Assembly (NCBI GenBank): GCA_964627935.1
Contig: CAZVLB010000007.1
Location: 98,457-162,456 of the forward strand
Length of the DNA stretch: 64,000 nt
Direction of reading: 5' to 3'
From: an uncultured Ignavibacteria bacterium
GTDB taxonomy: Bacteria > Zixibacteria > MSB-5A5 > JAABVY01
Below the pieces are notes generated by a model, which ran no database searches, was not told the DNA's origin, and saw only the letters and a program-made list of their open reading frames with translations. Positions 49,610 to 58,799 of the stretch are shown here, one piece after another. How positions within the stretch are numbered: position 1 is the first letter of the stretch; each line of letters opens with the position of its first letter. Made by a program: the position numbers and the translations under genes.

Positions 49610-50695
49610 ATGAATAACGGAAGAAAATTCTCGGTCATCAGGGGCACCGGATGTTACATCCCGGAAAAGCAGGTCCCCAACAGCCTATTCCTCGAGAATA
49701 CATTTTATGATTCCGAGGGAAACATATTTGACAAAGACAATAAAGAAATCGTCAATAAGCTGGAGGAGATTACAGGAATTATCGAACGAAGGTATGTTTC
49801 GGACGACCTGGTAACTTCCGATATCGCCTACATGTCTGCAATGGAAGCCCTGGAAAGCTCCAATACAGACAAGGAGACACTGGATTATATAATTGTCGCT
49901 CACAACTTCGGCGATGTGCGTGCCGATAATAAAAGATCCGATTTCGTTCCCAGCCTGGCGGCAAGGGTCAAGCACAAACTGCAAATTAAAAACCCATACA
50001 CTATCGCCTATGACCTGCCGTTTGGATGTCCGGGATGGCTCCAGGCTGTTATCCAGTCCGACTATTATATAAAATCGGGTGACGCCAAGCGTGCCCTGGT
50101 TATCGGGGCGGAAACATTATCGCGGGTATCCGATCCGCATGACCGCGACAGCATGATTTATGCTGATGGCGCCGGGGCGACTATACTGGAGGGTGTCGAA
50201 AGCGATACTCCCCTGGGTATTCTCTCCCATTCGGCCAGGTCGGACACTCTCGAACAGGCCTATATGCTCTGGATGGATAAGTCATTCAATTCCGGTTCAC
50301 CCAATGGTGAGATTTATCTCAAGATGCATGGCCATAAGCTCTATCAATATGCCATTAAGACCGTTCCACTGGTTGTTAAGGAGAGCCTCGATAAGGCTCA
50401 GGTGCCGGTCGATCAGGTCAGCAAAATCCTGATTCATCAGGCCAACGCCAAGATGGATGAAGCGATTCTGAAGCATATTTTCCGCAAATACAGCAAAGGT
50501 CAGGCGCCATTGTATATTATGCCCATGATCATATCCCGTCTGGGCAACAGCTCGGTTGCCACCCTGCCCACCCTTCTGGACCTGATGAACAAGGGCAAGC
50601 TTGAAAATCACAGCGCCGAAAGTGGTGACATAGTGGTTTTCGCCTCCGTGGGAGCCGGGATGAATATCAATTCACTGGTATACAGAACCCCATAA
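49610..50695 (+). CDS. 3-oxoacyl-ACP synthase III (FabH-like KAS III), stand-alone.
   Basis: The Cys-His-Asn triad context is FGCPGW (Cys), ILIHQANAKM (His) and GNSSVATL (Asn). The C-terminus ends ...FASVGAGMNINSLVYR. It is not adjacent to other fab genes. Confidence 0.8.
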   Translation: MNNGRKFSVIRGTGCYIPEKQVPNSLFLENTFYDSEGNIFDKDNKEIVNKLEEITGIIERRYVSDDLVTSDIAYMSAMEALESSNTDKETLDYIIVAHNFGDVRADNKRSDFVPSLAARVKHKLQIKNPYTIAYDLPFGCPGWLQAVIQSDYYIKSGDAKRALVIGAETLSRVSDPHDRDSMIYADGAGATILEGVESDTPLGILSHSARSDTLEQAYMLWMDKSFNSGSPNGEIYLKMHGHKLYQYAIKTVPLVVKESLDKAQVPVDQVSKILIHQANAKMDEAILKHIFRKYSKGQAPLYIMPMIISRLGNSSVATLPTLLDLMNKGKLENHSAESGDIVVFASVGAGMNINSLVYRTP

Positions 50696-50890
50696 TAGCC
50701 TTTTCTTCGAGCTTACTCTCGGCTATCGTATCGGATTTGACCCTCAATTTGAGTCATTACAGGCCAGGTTTCAGCATCTCCGCATTTTTCATAATACTGT
50801 TCAAAAATCGTACTCTGCCGCTTTAGAAGCGTCCACCTGAAACCGATAAACAAAACAGAGTAGGTTATTTACCTCGAACAAGGACTGAAC

Positions 50891-52012
50891 ATGGCCAAAA
50901 TTCTTCACAGTGGAGATATCCATCTCGGCATAAAACTATCCGGGCTGGGCAAGTCCGGTGACAAAGTCCGTGCCGCCCTTAAGGATTCATTCAGCAAAAT
51001 GATCGATATCTGTCTCGAATCGGATATCGATGCTTTCGTTATTGCCGGAGATCTTTTCGAATCTAACAGGATTTCCAAGCCGCTTCTGGATTTCGCCCTG
51101 CGCGAAATTGAACGGCTGAAGGAAATCCCGGCAATTCTGATACCCGGCACACATGATTGCCTGGAAGAGAATTCGATTTATAACACATTGCGGGAAAACG
51201 AGATTCCTGACAACCTCTATATGTTCGGCGATCCCGACAAAACCCGCATTGCCTTTCCCGACCTGGGATTGACATTTTACTGCAATCCCAATCAGACAGT
51301 CAAATCGACCAGTTCACCTATAAAAGGTCTCGAGCCGGAAAAAAGTCCCGGCTACCATATCGCCATTGCCCATGGTTCCCTGCAGATTCCGGGTAAATCA
51401 TCTCCCGATGACTGGCCGATCACAATCGAGGAAATTGAAAATTCCGGCTTTGATTATATCGCCCTGGGACACTGGCATTCTTATCTGCGCGCTCCAACAG
51501 TGAAGGTCCCGGCGGTATATTGCGGTTCACCTGAACCATTGACCTTCAAGCAGAAAGATGCCGGCTGGGCGGCGATGGTAAACTTGGGCGAGGGCAAAGT
51601 TGAAATCGATAAAATCAAGACCGGCAAGCTGGAATGGAACACCATTGAACTTTCATGTCAAAGCTTCAAATATACATTGGAGCTGGAACGGGAAATCTCC
51701 AAACATACCGGTGAGAACAAACTCCTGCGCGTGCTGCTGACAGGCATATTCCCCTCCGACGGCTATATCGATTTCGGGCGCCTGTACGAACATATGGGCG
51801 ATCAGTTCCTGCATCTGGAACTGGTCGACAGATCACAGTCGGTGCCGGAGGATCTGGAGCAGATGAATCTGCCGCAGACGACTATTCTGGGCCAGTATAT
51901 CAAGCTCCTGGCCGCTGAAATAAAAGCTGAGGAAAACCCCGAACAGGCTCATCTTTTAAAAGAGAGCCTCAAACTCGGATATGCTCTTTTATCCGGCAAG
52001 GACGCCATATAA
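50891..52012 (+). CDS. SbcD/Mre11-like calcineurin-fold DNA repair exonuclease (YhaO-like).
   Basis: Metallophosphoesterase motifs are present: LHSGDIHLG, AGDLFE, PGTHD, GHWH. Confidence 0.8.
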   Translation: MAKILHSGDIHLGIKLSGLGKSGDKVRAALKDSFSKMIDICLESDIDAFVIAGDLFESNRISKPLLDFALREIERLKEIPAILIPGTHDCLEENSIYNTLRENEIPDNLYMFGDPDKTRIAFPDLGLTFYCNPNQTVKSTSSPIKGLEPEKSPGYHIAIAHGSLQIPGKSSPDDWPITIEEIENSGFDYIALGHWHSYLRAPTVKVPAVYCGSPEPLTFKQKDAGWAAMVNLGEGKVEIDKIKTGKLEWNTIELSCQSFKYTLELEREISKHTGENKLLRVLLTGIFPSDGYIDFGRLYEHMGDQFLHLELVDRSQSVPEDLEQMNLPQTTILGQYIKLLAAEIKAEENPEQAHLLKESLKLGYALLSGKDAI

Positions 52013-52024
52013 AAGGATCGCTTT

Positions 52025-54187
52025 ATGAAAATAAACAGGCTGGAAGTTAAAAGATACAAAAACCTCAGGGCCTTCGATGAAACCTTCGAGAATGGCATCA
52101 ACCTGATCAGCGGGCCCAATGAAGCAGGTAAATCGACACTGGTTGAGGCAATTACCGATCTCTTTTTCGAGGATCCCTCATCGACCAGAAAAGAGCTGAA
52201 AGAGAAAGTCGGCTGGGACTGCGACCAGGCCTTTGAGCTTTCGATGGAATTCGAGATCGATGGCAAGCTCTATCGTCTCAGCAAGGATTTTGAGGAGGGT
52301 AATGCTCTTCTGACAAAAGTCGAAGAAGGCGAAGAGATTAGCGACAAAAAGAAGATTCTGTCCATCATCGAATCCGGGATGGGCCTGGCCAACCGTGATA
52401 TCTTCCTGGCCACATCGACTATCAAACAGGATGAGATCGGGCGTGTATCGAAATCCTCCGAGGCGATCAAGGATAAACTGGAGGGGCTGATCACCGGCGG
52501 GCGCGAGGAGGTCCTGGCCTCAGAAGCTATCAGTAAGATCGAAGACAATATTCGCAATATCAAGAAAGAGGGCAGCAAGCATTTCGGTGTCCTGCAGAAG
52601 CTGGAAAAGACAAAATCCGAGCTGGTCTATGAGCTCGACAAGGCCAAACGGGAAATTGATCAGATCGGCAAGAACAGGGTCAAACTGAAAGAGACACAGT
52701 CACTTCTGGAAGGCATCAAGACCGAATACGCGGCCAAGAAATCACATATGGAAAAGGCCGCCAAGGCGGCCCAGAATGAGCAGCGGCTGGAGGAACTGGA
52801 AGATCGTTTCCAGGACCTCAATAACCGTGTTGCCTCGGTCAGATCATCAGAGGAAATAGTCAAAAAGCTTAAAGAGGAAATCGCTGAATTACCCAAAATA
52901 GATTCGAGCGACCTGAGCCTGGCCCAGGAACAGTCGGCCCAGATTCGCTATCTGCAGGGCAAATATGATACGGTCGAGGAAAAGGTCGATGAACTGGCCG
53001 AGCAGGTTTCACTGGCCAGCCCGGGAATGTTCATCAAGGCGGCATCGCTTTTCATGCTGCTTCTGACTCTTGGTGCCGCGGCTTACTGGTATTTTATGCT
53101 GGATATGGCCGACAATCGTTTCATATTCGGTGCCCTGGGCGGATTCGTGCTTTTCATCGTGCTAAGTTCTATCTGGGGCTCCAAGGCCAAACATACCGGC
53201 GCCTTAAAACTCAAGTACAATCTCAAGCATTCCAACCTGGAGGATCTTGAATCCGACCTGGAAAATGCGCGCGTATCGGTCGAGACAGTGCTCGAAAAAT
53301 ATAAGTGCAGAGATATCAGTGAATTAAAGAACAAATACGACAATTATCGCGATCTCGATCGCGAAATTAAAACCGAGGTCCGTCGCTACGAGGGCTGGCT
53401 CAACGGCAAGGGCATCAAGGAGCTTGAAAAGGAACTCCAGGAGGTTACCAAGAACCTGGCGATGGAGACCGAAACCAACCGTGATCTGAAGATGTACAGC
53501 ATGAACGCCGAGGAGAAGGAGAAGCTCAATGTACTGGTCGAAGCGCTGGAAAAACAGAAATCGGTGCTGGAGGGCCAGGAGGTGGCCCTGACCCGTCAAC
53601 TGGAATTCGCCGAATCGGGATGCGAACTGCAGGCCTCGCTGGAGGAACGCCTTGAGGAAATCGGCGATCAGATCGAGAACGTAAAGTATGAGCTGAAATT
53701 GTATGAAGCGGCCAAAAAATATATCGAGGTGGCACGCAAAAATGTGCTCAAAGCCTCGCTGGGAGTTCTGGAACAGGAGACCTCAGAAGTGCTTTCTCAG
53801 GTGACTTCTGGACGCTACAGCCGGGTCCGGTTCGATCGCCAGAGCCTCAAATTCGAGCTGTTTTCGCCTGAGAAGGATGACTGGGTTGATCCGGATACGG
53901 CCCTCTCACGCGGAGCCCGCGATCAGCTGTATCTGGCTGCAAGAATGGCACTTGTGAGGATAATTTCGCAGGAACGCAATCCTGTTTTGATATTCGATGA
54001 ACCGTTTTTGACCTTCGACTCGCGCCGTCGCGAAAACGCCATCGGTATCCTCAAACAGTATGCTCAGGATTATCAGATCTTCGTACTCAGCTGCAACAAC
54101 TATTATGATTCCTCGGCGGCTAAGAATATCTACCTGGGGGATGTTCAGTCGAGCTATCCGACAGCCGTTCCGCAGACATTAGAATGA
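52025..54187 (+). CDS. SbcC/Rad50-like AAA ATPase with long coiled coil and an internal two-helix membrane hairpin (YhaN-like).
   Basis: The N-terminal Walker A is LISGPNEAGKST. The C-terminal signature/D-loop is LSRGARDQLYLAARMALV...VLIFDEPFLTFD. A coiled coil is present throughout. Two hydrophobic segments (FIKAASLFMLLLTLGAAAYWYFML / FIFGALGGFVLFIVLSSIWG) sit at the coiled-coil midpoint, where Rad50 carries a CxxC zinc hook. No CxxC is present. Confidence 0.75.
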   Translation: MKINRLEVKRYKNLRAFDETFENGINLISGPNEAGKSTLVEAITDLFFEDPSSTRKELKEKVGWDCDQAFELSMEFEIDGKLYRLSKDFEEGNALLTKVEEGEEISDKKKILSIIESGMGLANRDIFLATSTIKQDEIGRVSKSSEAIKDKLEGLITGGREEVLASEAISKIEDNIRNIKKEGSKHFGVLQKLEKTKSELVYELDKAKREIDQIGKNRVKLKETQSLLEGIKTEYAAKKSHMEKAAKAAQNEQRLEELEDRFQDLNNRVASVRSSEEIVKKLKEEIAELPKIDSSDLSLAQEQSAQIRYLQGKYDTVEEKVDELAEQVSLASPGMFIKAASLFMLLLTLGAAAYWYFMLDMADNRFIFGALGGFVLFIVLSSIWGSKAKHTGALKLKYNLKHSNLEDLESDLENARVSVETVLEKYKCRDISELKNKYDNYRDLDREIKTEVRRYEGWLNGKGIKELEKELQEVTKNLAMETETNRDLKMYSMNAEEKEKLNVLVEALEKQKSVLEGQEVALTRQLEFAESGCELQASLEERLEEIGDQIENVKYELKLYEAAKKYIEVARKNVLKASLGVLEQETSEVLSQVTSGRYSRVRFDRQSLKFELFSPEKDDWVDPDTALSRGARDQLYLAARMALVRIISQERNPVLIFDEPFLTFDSRRRENAIGILKQYAQDYQIFVLSCNNYYDSSAAKNIYLGDVQSSYPTAVPQTLE

Positions 54188-54213
54188 TATTTTTGTAACA
54201 ATCAAATTATAAA

Positions 54214-54247
54214 AACGGGACTTCATGGATTATGGAGTCCCGTTTTA
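54214..54247 (+). terminator. Rho-independent terminator after the SbcC-like gene.
   Basis: aacgggact-N13-agtcccgtt is followed by tttaca. Confidence 0.55.
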
Positions 54248-54346
54248 CATTAAAAAAACCACCATCTTAATCCATATTAGTTCATTAATTTGGCCCACTA
54301 TTTATAAAATTCGCTTGACATTTGAACTTTCTGCAAATTAATTTTG

Positions 54347-54364
54347 TTGTGAAAGGTTTCACAA
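54347..54364 (+). promoter_or_regulatory. Rex operator (ROP box) upstream of rex.
   Basis: TTGTGAA-AGGT-TTCACAA is a perfect match to the Rex consensus TTGTGAAnnnnTTCACAA. It lies ~40 bp upstream of the rex start, with TTGACA at 54316-54321 further upstream. Confidence 0.6.
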
Positions 54365-54402
54365 TATAAGGGCAATTTATCTGATTTCCTGCAGGAGGAA
54401 TT

Positions 54403-55044
54403 TTGACCAAGTTAAAGAGAATATCCGAATCGACCATCTCCCGGCTCTCGCGCTACTATCGGGCGCTGGTTCAGCTTGATAAAGAAAACTACGAAACTGT
54501 GTCCTCCAAGGACCTGGCGCGCATGGAACATCTGACCCCGGCCCAGGTACGCAAGGACCTCTCATTCTTCGGATCATTCGGAACCCGTGGCCTCGGTTAT
54601 CCGGTCAAGGAATTGCGCGACAAACTGGCCAAGATTCTGGGTGTCGACATGCAATGGCATGTTGCCCTGGTTGGAATCGGAAATATCGGTTCGGCCCTCG
54701 TGTCATACAAGGAATTCACCCGTCAGGGTTTCAAGATAACATTGCTGTTCGATAACGATCAGCGTAAAATAGGTTCCAATCATAAGGGTATAGTCATCAA
54801 GGATGTCAAGGACCTGACAAAGGAACTGAAAAGCAATCATATCGAAATCGTGGTCATTGCCGTGCCGCCCCAGCAGGCCCAGAACGTTGTCGATGATGTG
54901 GTTAAGGCCGGTATAAAGGCGATTCTTAATTTCGCCCCGATAAACCTCAAGGTGCCGGAGGATGTTTTCCTGCGCAATGAAAACATGGCCATGGAATTGG
55001 AACATCTATCTTTCCGGCTGGTTAACTCTTCTATACGGGTTTGA
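54403..55044 (+). CDS. rex: Redox-sensing transcriptional repressor Rex.
   Basis: It aligns over its full length to Rex: the winged-helix N-terminus (LSRYYRALVQL...LTPAQVRKDLSFFGSFGTRGLGYPVKEL) and the Rossmann NADH domain (VALVGIGNIGSAL). TTG start, with AGGAGG 5 nt upstream. Confidence 0.85.
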   Translation: MTKLKRISESTISRLSRYYRALVQLDKENYETVSSKDLARMEHLTPAQVRKDLSFFGSFGTRGLGYPVKELRDKLAKILGVDMQWHVALVGIGNIGSALVSYKEFTRQGFKITLLFDNDQRKIGSNHKGIVIKDVKDLTKELKSNHIEIVVIAVPPQQAQNVVDDVVKAGIKAILNFAPINLKVPEDVFLRNENMAMELEHLSFRLVNSSIRV

Positions 55045-55118
55045 CGATACTATATTAGAAGCATCTGCATCAATTTTAGCTTGACTTCTGTGAAATGTTG
55101 ACATAATCTTAATTTGGT

Positions 55119-55547
55119 ATGAGCTATTTTCGCAATCATGGATTAATAATAGCCCTCTTGATAACGGGGCTTTGCATGACGGGCATCGCGCCGCTTTGGG
55201 CTAACCCCGGCGATGACTGCACAATATCGGGCAATCTTCAAATCAACGGTCAGAATGCGCCCGCCGGATCACTGGTGGAGGCATATATTGATGACGAAAA
55301 GATAGTCTCCACCCGTACCATCCAGGCCGGCAAATATGAAATCACAATACCCAAATACGATCCGGCTGATCCCTCGCAGAAAGGCTATCATTCCGAGAAT
55401 GATGTGGTACTGATTAAGGTCGACAATCGGAAGGCGGAACCAACATTCAATCCCGCTCCGGGCGCTATGAAAATCAATCTGAATGTGAATACATCGCTAT
55501 CGGTCAAGCTGACCACATGGGGCAAGATCAAGGCCCTCTTCAAGTAA
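55119..55547 (+). CDS. Secreted hypothetical protein with a CarbopepD_reg/transthyretin-like beta-sandwich.
   Basis: A signal peptide is present (LIIALLITGLCMTGIAPLWA). ISGNLQINGQNAPAGSLVEAYIDDEKIVSTRTIQAGKYEITIP resembles a prealbumin-like fold. Confidence 0.5.
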   Translation: MSYFRNHGLIIALLITGLCMTGIAPLWANPGDDCTISGNLQINGQNAPAGSLVEAYIDDEKIVSTRTIQAGKYEITIPKYDPADPSQKGYHSENDVVLIKVDNRKAEPTFNPAPGAMKINLNVNTSLSVKLTTWGKIKALFK

Positions 55548-55668
55548 TTTTAATTTCTTTAAAAAAATTCTATTACAATTCCCGCCAAATCATTATCATA
55601 GGTCATTAAAGGTGTAAAATACCGATCTTGCGGTAAGGTACTGCGTATACCAAAGCATAGGAGGAAGA

Positions 55669-56004
55669 ATGAGTATCTCCACCCATGAGAAGGATGGAGT
55701 TGTGGTCCTCGAACCCGAGGGCAAGATCATGGGGGGTCCGGAGGCGACCGAACTTCGCAATCAGCTTTATGAATTGATTGCCAAGAACCAAAAAAAGGTT
55801 GTCATCGACCTGGAAAACGTGGAATGGATGAATTCGACCGGTCTGGGTATTCTCATCTCCGGTATGACATCCCTGCGCAACAACAAGGGTGAATTGAAAC
55901 TTGCGGCAGTATCCGAAAAGGTTGCCAATCTTTTTGAGATCACCAAGCTGAATAATGTCTTTGAGTCGTTCAATTCCACCGATGATGCTGTTAAGTCGTT
56001 TTAG
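55669..56004 (+). CDS. STAS-domain anti-sigma-factor antagonist (SpoIIAA/RsbV-like).
   Basis: VVIDLENVEWMNSTGLGILISG has the conserved phospho-Ser/Thr context. It is 111 aa. Confidence 0.8.
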   Translation: MSISTHEKDGVVVLEPEGKIMGGPEATELRNQLYELIAKNQKKVVIDLENVEWMNSTGLGILISGMTSLRNNKGELKLAAVSEKVANLFEITKLNNVFESFNSTDDAVKSF

Positions 56005-56049
56005 TTAATCTGACAGACACCCTCACGATCTAATCGCAAAGGGCTCAAT

Positions 56050-56469
56050 GTGGGAAATCAAAAATATCAGCTAAAAATACCCAGCAGCCAGGATCATCTG
56101 GCCGAGGCCGACCGTTTCCTCGAAAGCCATTTGAAAGAGATCGGCCTGGATAATGATGAAATCGCCGATCTGGCAATCAGCACAACCGAGCTGATCAATA
56201 ACGCCATTGTGCATGGCAATAAATTCGATCCCGAAAAAGAGGTCACGATTGTCCTGGAAGTATTAGATGATCGCCTGGAGATTACCATCAACGACCAGGG
56301 CTCGGGATTTGTGCCCGATGAAGTTCCCAATCCTGTCGATGATGAGAATCTTCTCAAGGAAGCCGGGCGGGGTATTTTTATTGTGCGAAGCCTGGTGGAT
56401 GATCTCAGGATAGAAACTAATTCTGATGGCGGCACCCGTGTGGTGATAGTCAAAAACCTGGCTTCATAA
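56050..56469 (+). CDS. Anti-sigma regulatory factor Ser/Thr kinase (RsbW/SpoIIAB-like, HATPase_c_2).
   Basis: The N-box is ELINNAIVHG. The G-box is DQGSGF. GTG start. Confidence 0.75.
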   Translation: MGNQKYQLKIPSSQDHLAEADRFLESHLKEIGLDNDEIADLAISTTELINNAIVHGNKFDPEKEVTIVLEVLDDRLEITINDQGSGFVPDEVPNPVDDENLLKEAGRGIFIVRSLVDDLRIETNSDGGTRVVIVKNLAS

Positions 56470-56496
56470 TTGTTTTAATAGAGGCAAAGGGCAAGA

Positions 56497-58737
56497 GTGA
56501 ATTTTCAGCTTTTAGTCGGTGTAATATATTTAATTTTCTCTGCTCTGCTTTTTTTTACCGGCACCATTATTTTCAGAGAAAATCCATTTCGCCGGTTGAA
56601 CCGGGTTACCAGCCTGCTGTTGATTTTTGCCGGGCTGGCGCCCCTGTTTGCCTCTCTGGGTGTCTTTATGGGCCGGGCCGGAGAAATCGTGGCCGCGGCT
56701 GTTCCCTTTTATGAAAACCTGTTCTTCCTGTGGGAACTGTTCTTCCCGCAACTGATTCTCTTTGCCTTAGTCTTTCCCACCGAACATCCGATCCTGACCA
56801 CCAACAGCAAAGTCAAATACCTGATTTTCATCCCGCATATCTTCCATATTGTGCTGGTTACGATTTTTGCCGACAGCGAACGGCTGGTGGAAATTCTGCA
56901 GGTTGATTCATCAGTGGCTTTCTTTTCATGGATCACCGATCGTTTCATATTCTTCATCGGTTTTGTTGCCGCCCTGCTGGACTTTCTGGTCAGGCTGCAC
57001 CTGCAGACATTCGCGGTTATAAATATTGTCTATATCATCATAGCCCTGATACTCCTCTACCGGGGCCTCAAATCGGTGGCCAATCGTCGACTGAAAACCC
57101 AGACCCAGATAGTCATCTGGGGTATACAATCGGCCACCGGCCTGTATATGATCTCATATCTTTTGCCCAACCTGAGCGGATTTGACATGTCCACCAATGT
57201 TCAGGTGGCCATGGCCATAGCCGCCCTGGCAATCGGCAATGGCGCGATTATCTATGCCATTATCCGTTACCAGTTTCTGGATGTGCGCCTGATTGTCAGG
57301 CAGTCCGTGGTCTATACCATCACCTCGGCGATTATAGTCGGGGCATATCTGCTTATATTGTCACAGTTCACAAAACTGCTCCAGGATATTTTCGACCAGG
57401 ATACCCCATTTTTGCCGGCCATCTTTATCATCCTGGCACTGATATTTTTCCAGCCAATCATGAACCAGGTGGACAATTTCCTGAAGAAATTCTTTATCAA
57501 GGGCAAAGTCGATATCCGCTATGTGACCGAGGAAATCGCCCGTGAGTTGACCTCGATTCTCGATCCGGAAAAACTGCGTGATTCTGTGGTCAGAATTTTA
57601 CGCGAAGAGATGTTGATCGAAAAGGTGCGCCTGTGCCTGAAATCGGAAAACGATCAGAGCCTTGTGCTGCTCCCCCAGCCGGGCGATACATCGCCGGAGA
57701 TGACCTATTCGATCAATGATTCACTGACCGAGGAGATGGTGAGACGGGGCCGTCCGGCACTTCTGGAGGAATACAAATCGATTGAGAAGGAGTCTCCGCT
57801 TCTGGATGGGCTCGAGAAAATGGGCTACCAGATGATCGCACCATTGATCAATCGCGGGGAAATCGAGGGCTTCATCGCCCTTTCCAACAAAATTTCCGGC
57901 TATAATTACAATTACGAGGATATTACAACATTGAATATCCTTTCCAATCAACTGGTTGTGGCCATGTCCAACGCCCGTCTCTACCAGGAATCGCTCGAGA
58001 AGCAGCGACTCGAGGAAGAGCTTTCGCTGGCCCGCCAGATTCAGAAGGACCTGCTGCCCAAATCATTGCCAAGCGGCGAAGATTTCGAGATAGCGGCCTA
58101 TTCCGAGCCCTCGCGCTACGTGGGCGGTGACTTTTACGACTTTTTGCAGACCCGGCGAGATACGACAGGTATAGTTGTGGCAGATGTTTCCGGTAAAGGT
58201 ATACCTGCGGCGCTGATGGTTTCGCAGATTCAGGCCATGCTGCGAAGCGAGGTCAGAAATACCGATTCGCTGGCAAAGATATTGAAAAATGTCAATTTCC
58301 TGATGGCTACGACCACATCATCGGAAAAATTCGTTACGCTTTTCTATGCCGATTTCGATCAACGAAATCACGAGCTGCATTATGTCAACGCCGGGCACAA
58401 TTACCCGATTGTGATTCACACCGACGGCAGCCACAGCTTTTTGACCGAGGGCGGGCTCTTGATCGGCGCATTTCCGGAAGCCAGCTATAAATCAGATAGA
58501 ATATCATTATCGCCGGGCGACCTGGTCTTTTTCTACACTGACGGTGTCAATGAGGCCTTTGATCGTGATGGTAATCAATTTGGCGAAGATCGGCTTCTGG
58601 AGCTGATCAAAAGCTTGCGCGATCAGTCTGCTCGCGAGATTACCGAAAAAGTGGTTGATGAAATCAAGGAGTTTTCCTCGGGTGAAATTCCGCAGGATGA
58701 TATGACGGTGGTGGCCCTGAAAATGAATCATGGCTGA
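56497..58737 (+). CDS. Membrane-bound PP2C-type phosphatase (SpoIIE/RsbU family) with ~10 TM sensor domain and GAF-like linker.
   Basis: It has 9-10 N-terminal TM helices and a GAF-like region (PLINRGEIEGFIALSN). The PP2C motifs are GGDFYDF, VVADVSGKGIPAALM, FYTDGVNEA and IPQDDMTVVAL. Confidence 0.8.
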   Translation: MNFQLLVGVIYLIFSALLFFTGTIIFRENPFRRLNRVTSLLLIFAGLAPLFASLGVFMGRAGEIVAAAVPFYENLFFLWELFFPQLILFALVFPTEHPILTTNSKVKYLIFIPHIFHIVLVTIFADSERLVEILQVDSSVAFFSWITDRFIFFIGFVAALLDFLVRLHLQTFAVINIVYIIIALILLYRGLKSVANRRLKTQTQIVIWGIQSATGLYMISYLLPNLSGFDMSTNVQVAMAIAALAIGNGAIIYAIIRYQFLDVRLIVRQSVVYTITSAIIVGAYLLILSQFTKLLQDIFDQDTPFLPAIFIILALIFFQPIMNQVDNFLKKFFIKGKVDIRYVTEEIARELTSILDPEKLRDSVVRILREEMLIEKVRLCLKSENDQSLVLLPQPGDTSPEMTYSINDSLTEEMVRRGRPALLEEYKSIEKESPLLDGLEKMGYQMIAPLINRGEIEGFIALSNKISGYNYNYEDITTLNILSNQLVVAMSNARLYQESLEKQRLEEELSLARQIQKDLLPKSLPSGEDFEIAAYSEPSRYVGGDFYDFLQTRRDTTGIVVADVSGKGIPAALMVSQIQAMLRSEVRNTDSLAKILKNVNFLMATTTSSEKFVTLFYADFDQRNHELHYVNAGHNYPIVIHTDGSHSFLTEGGLLIGAFPEASYKSDRISLSPGDLVFFYTDGVNEAFDRDGNQFGEDRLLELIKSLRDQSAREITEKVVDEIKEFSSGEIPQDDMTVVALKMNHG

Positions 58738-58799
58738 TCTGTGTTCAAACTTGCCAAAGGAAGCATTTAATGTAAATTCCTATTGGAGCAAAATAAGTT

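Noticed and set aside
55085-55106. Possible second Rex half-site (TGTGAA-ATGT-TGACA) upstream of the secreted-protein gene.
   Set aside because: Only one half-site matches; the other deviates at 3 of 7 positions. It could equally be a -35 TTGACA. I did not call it a feature.
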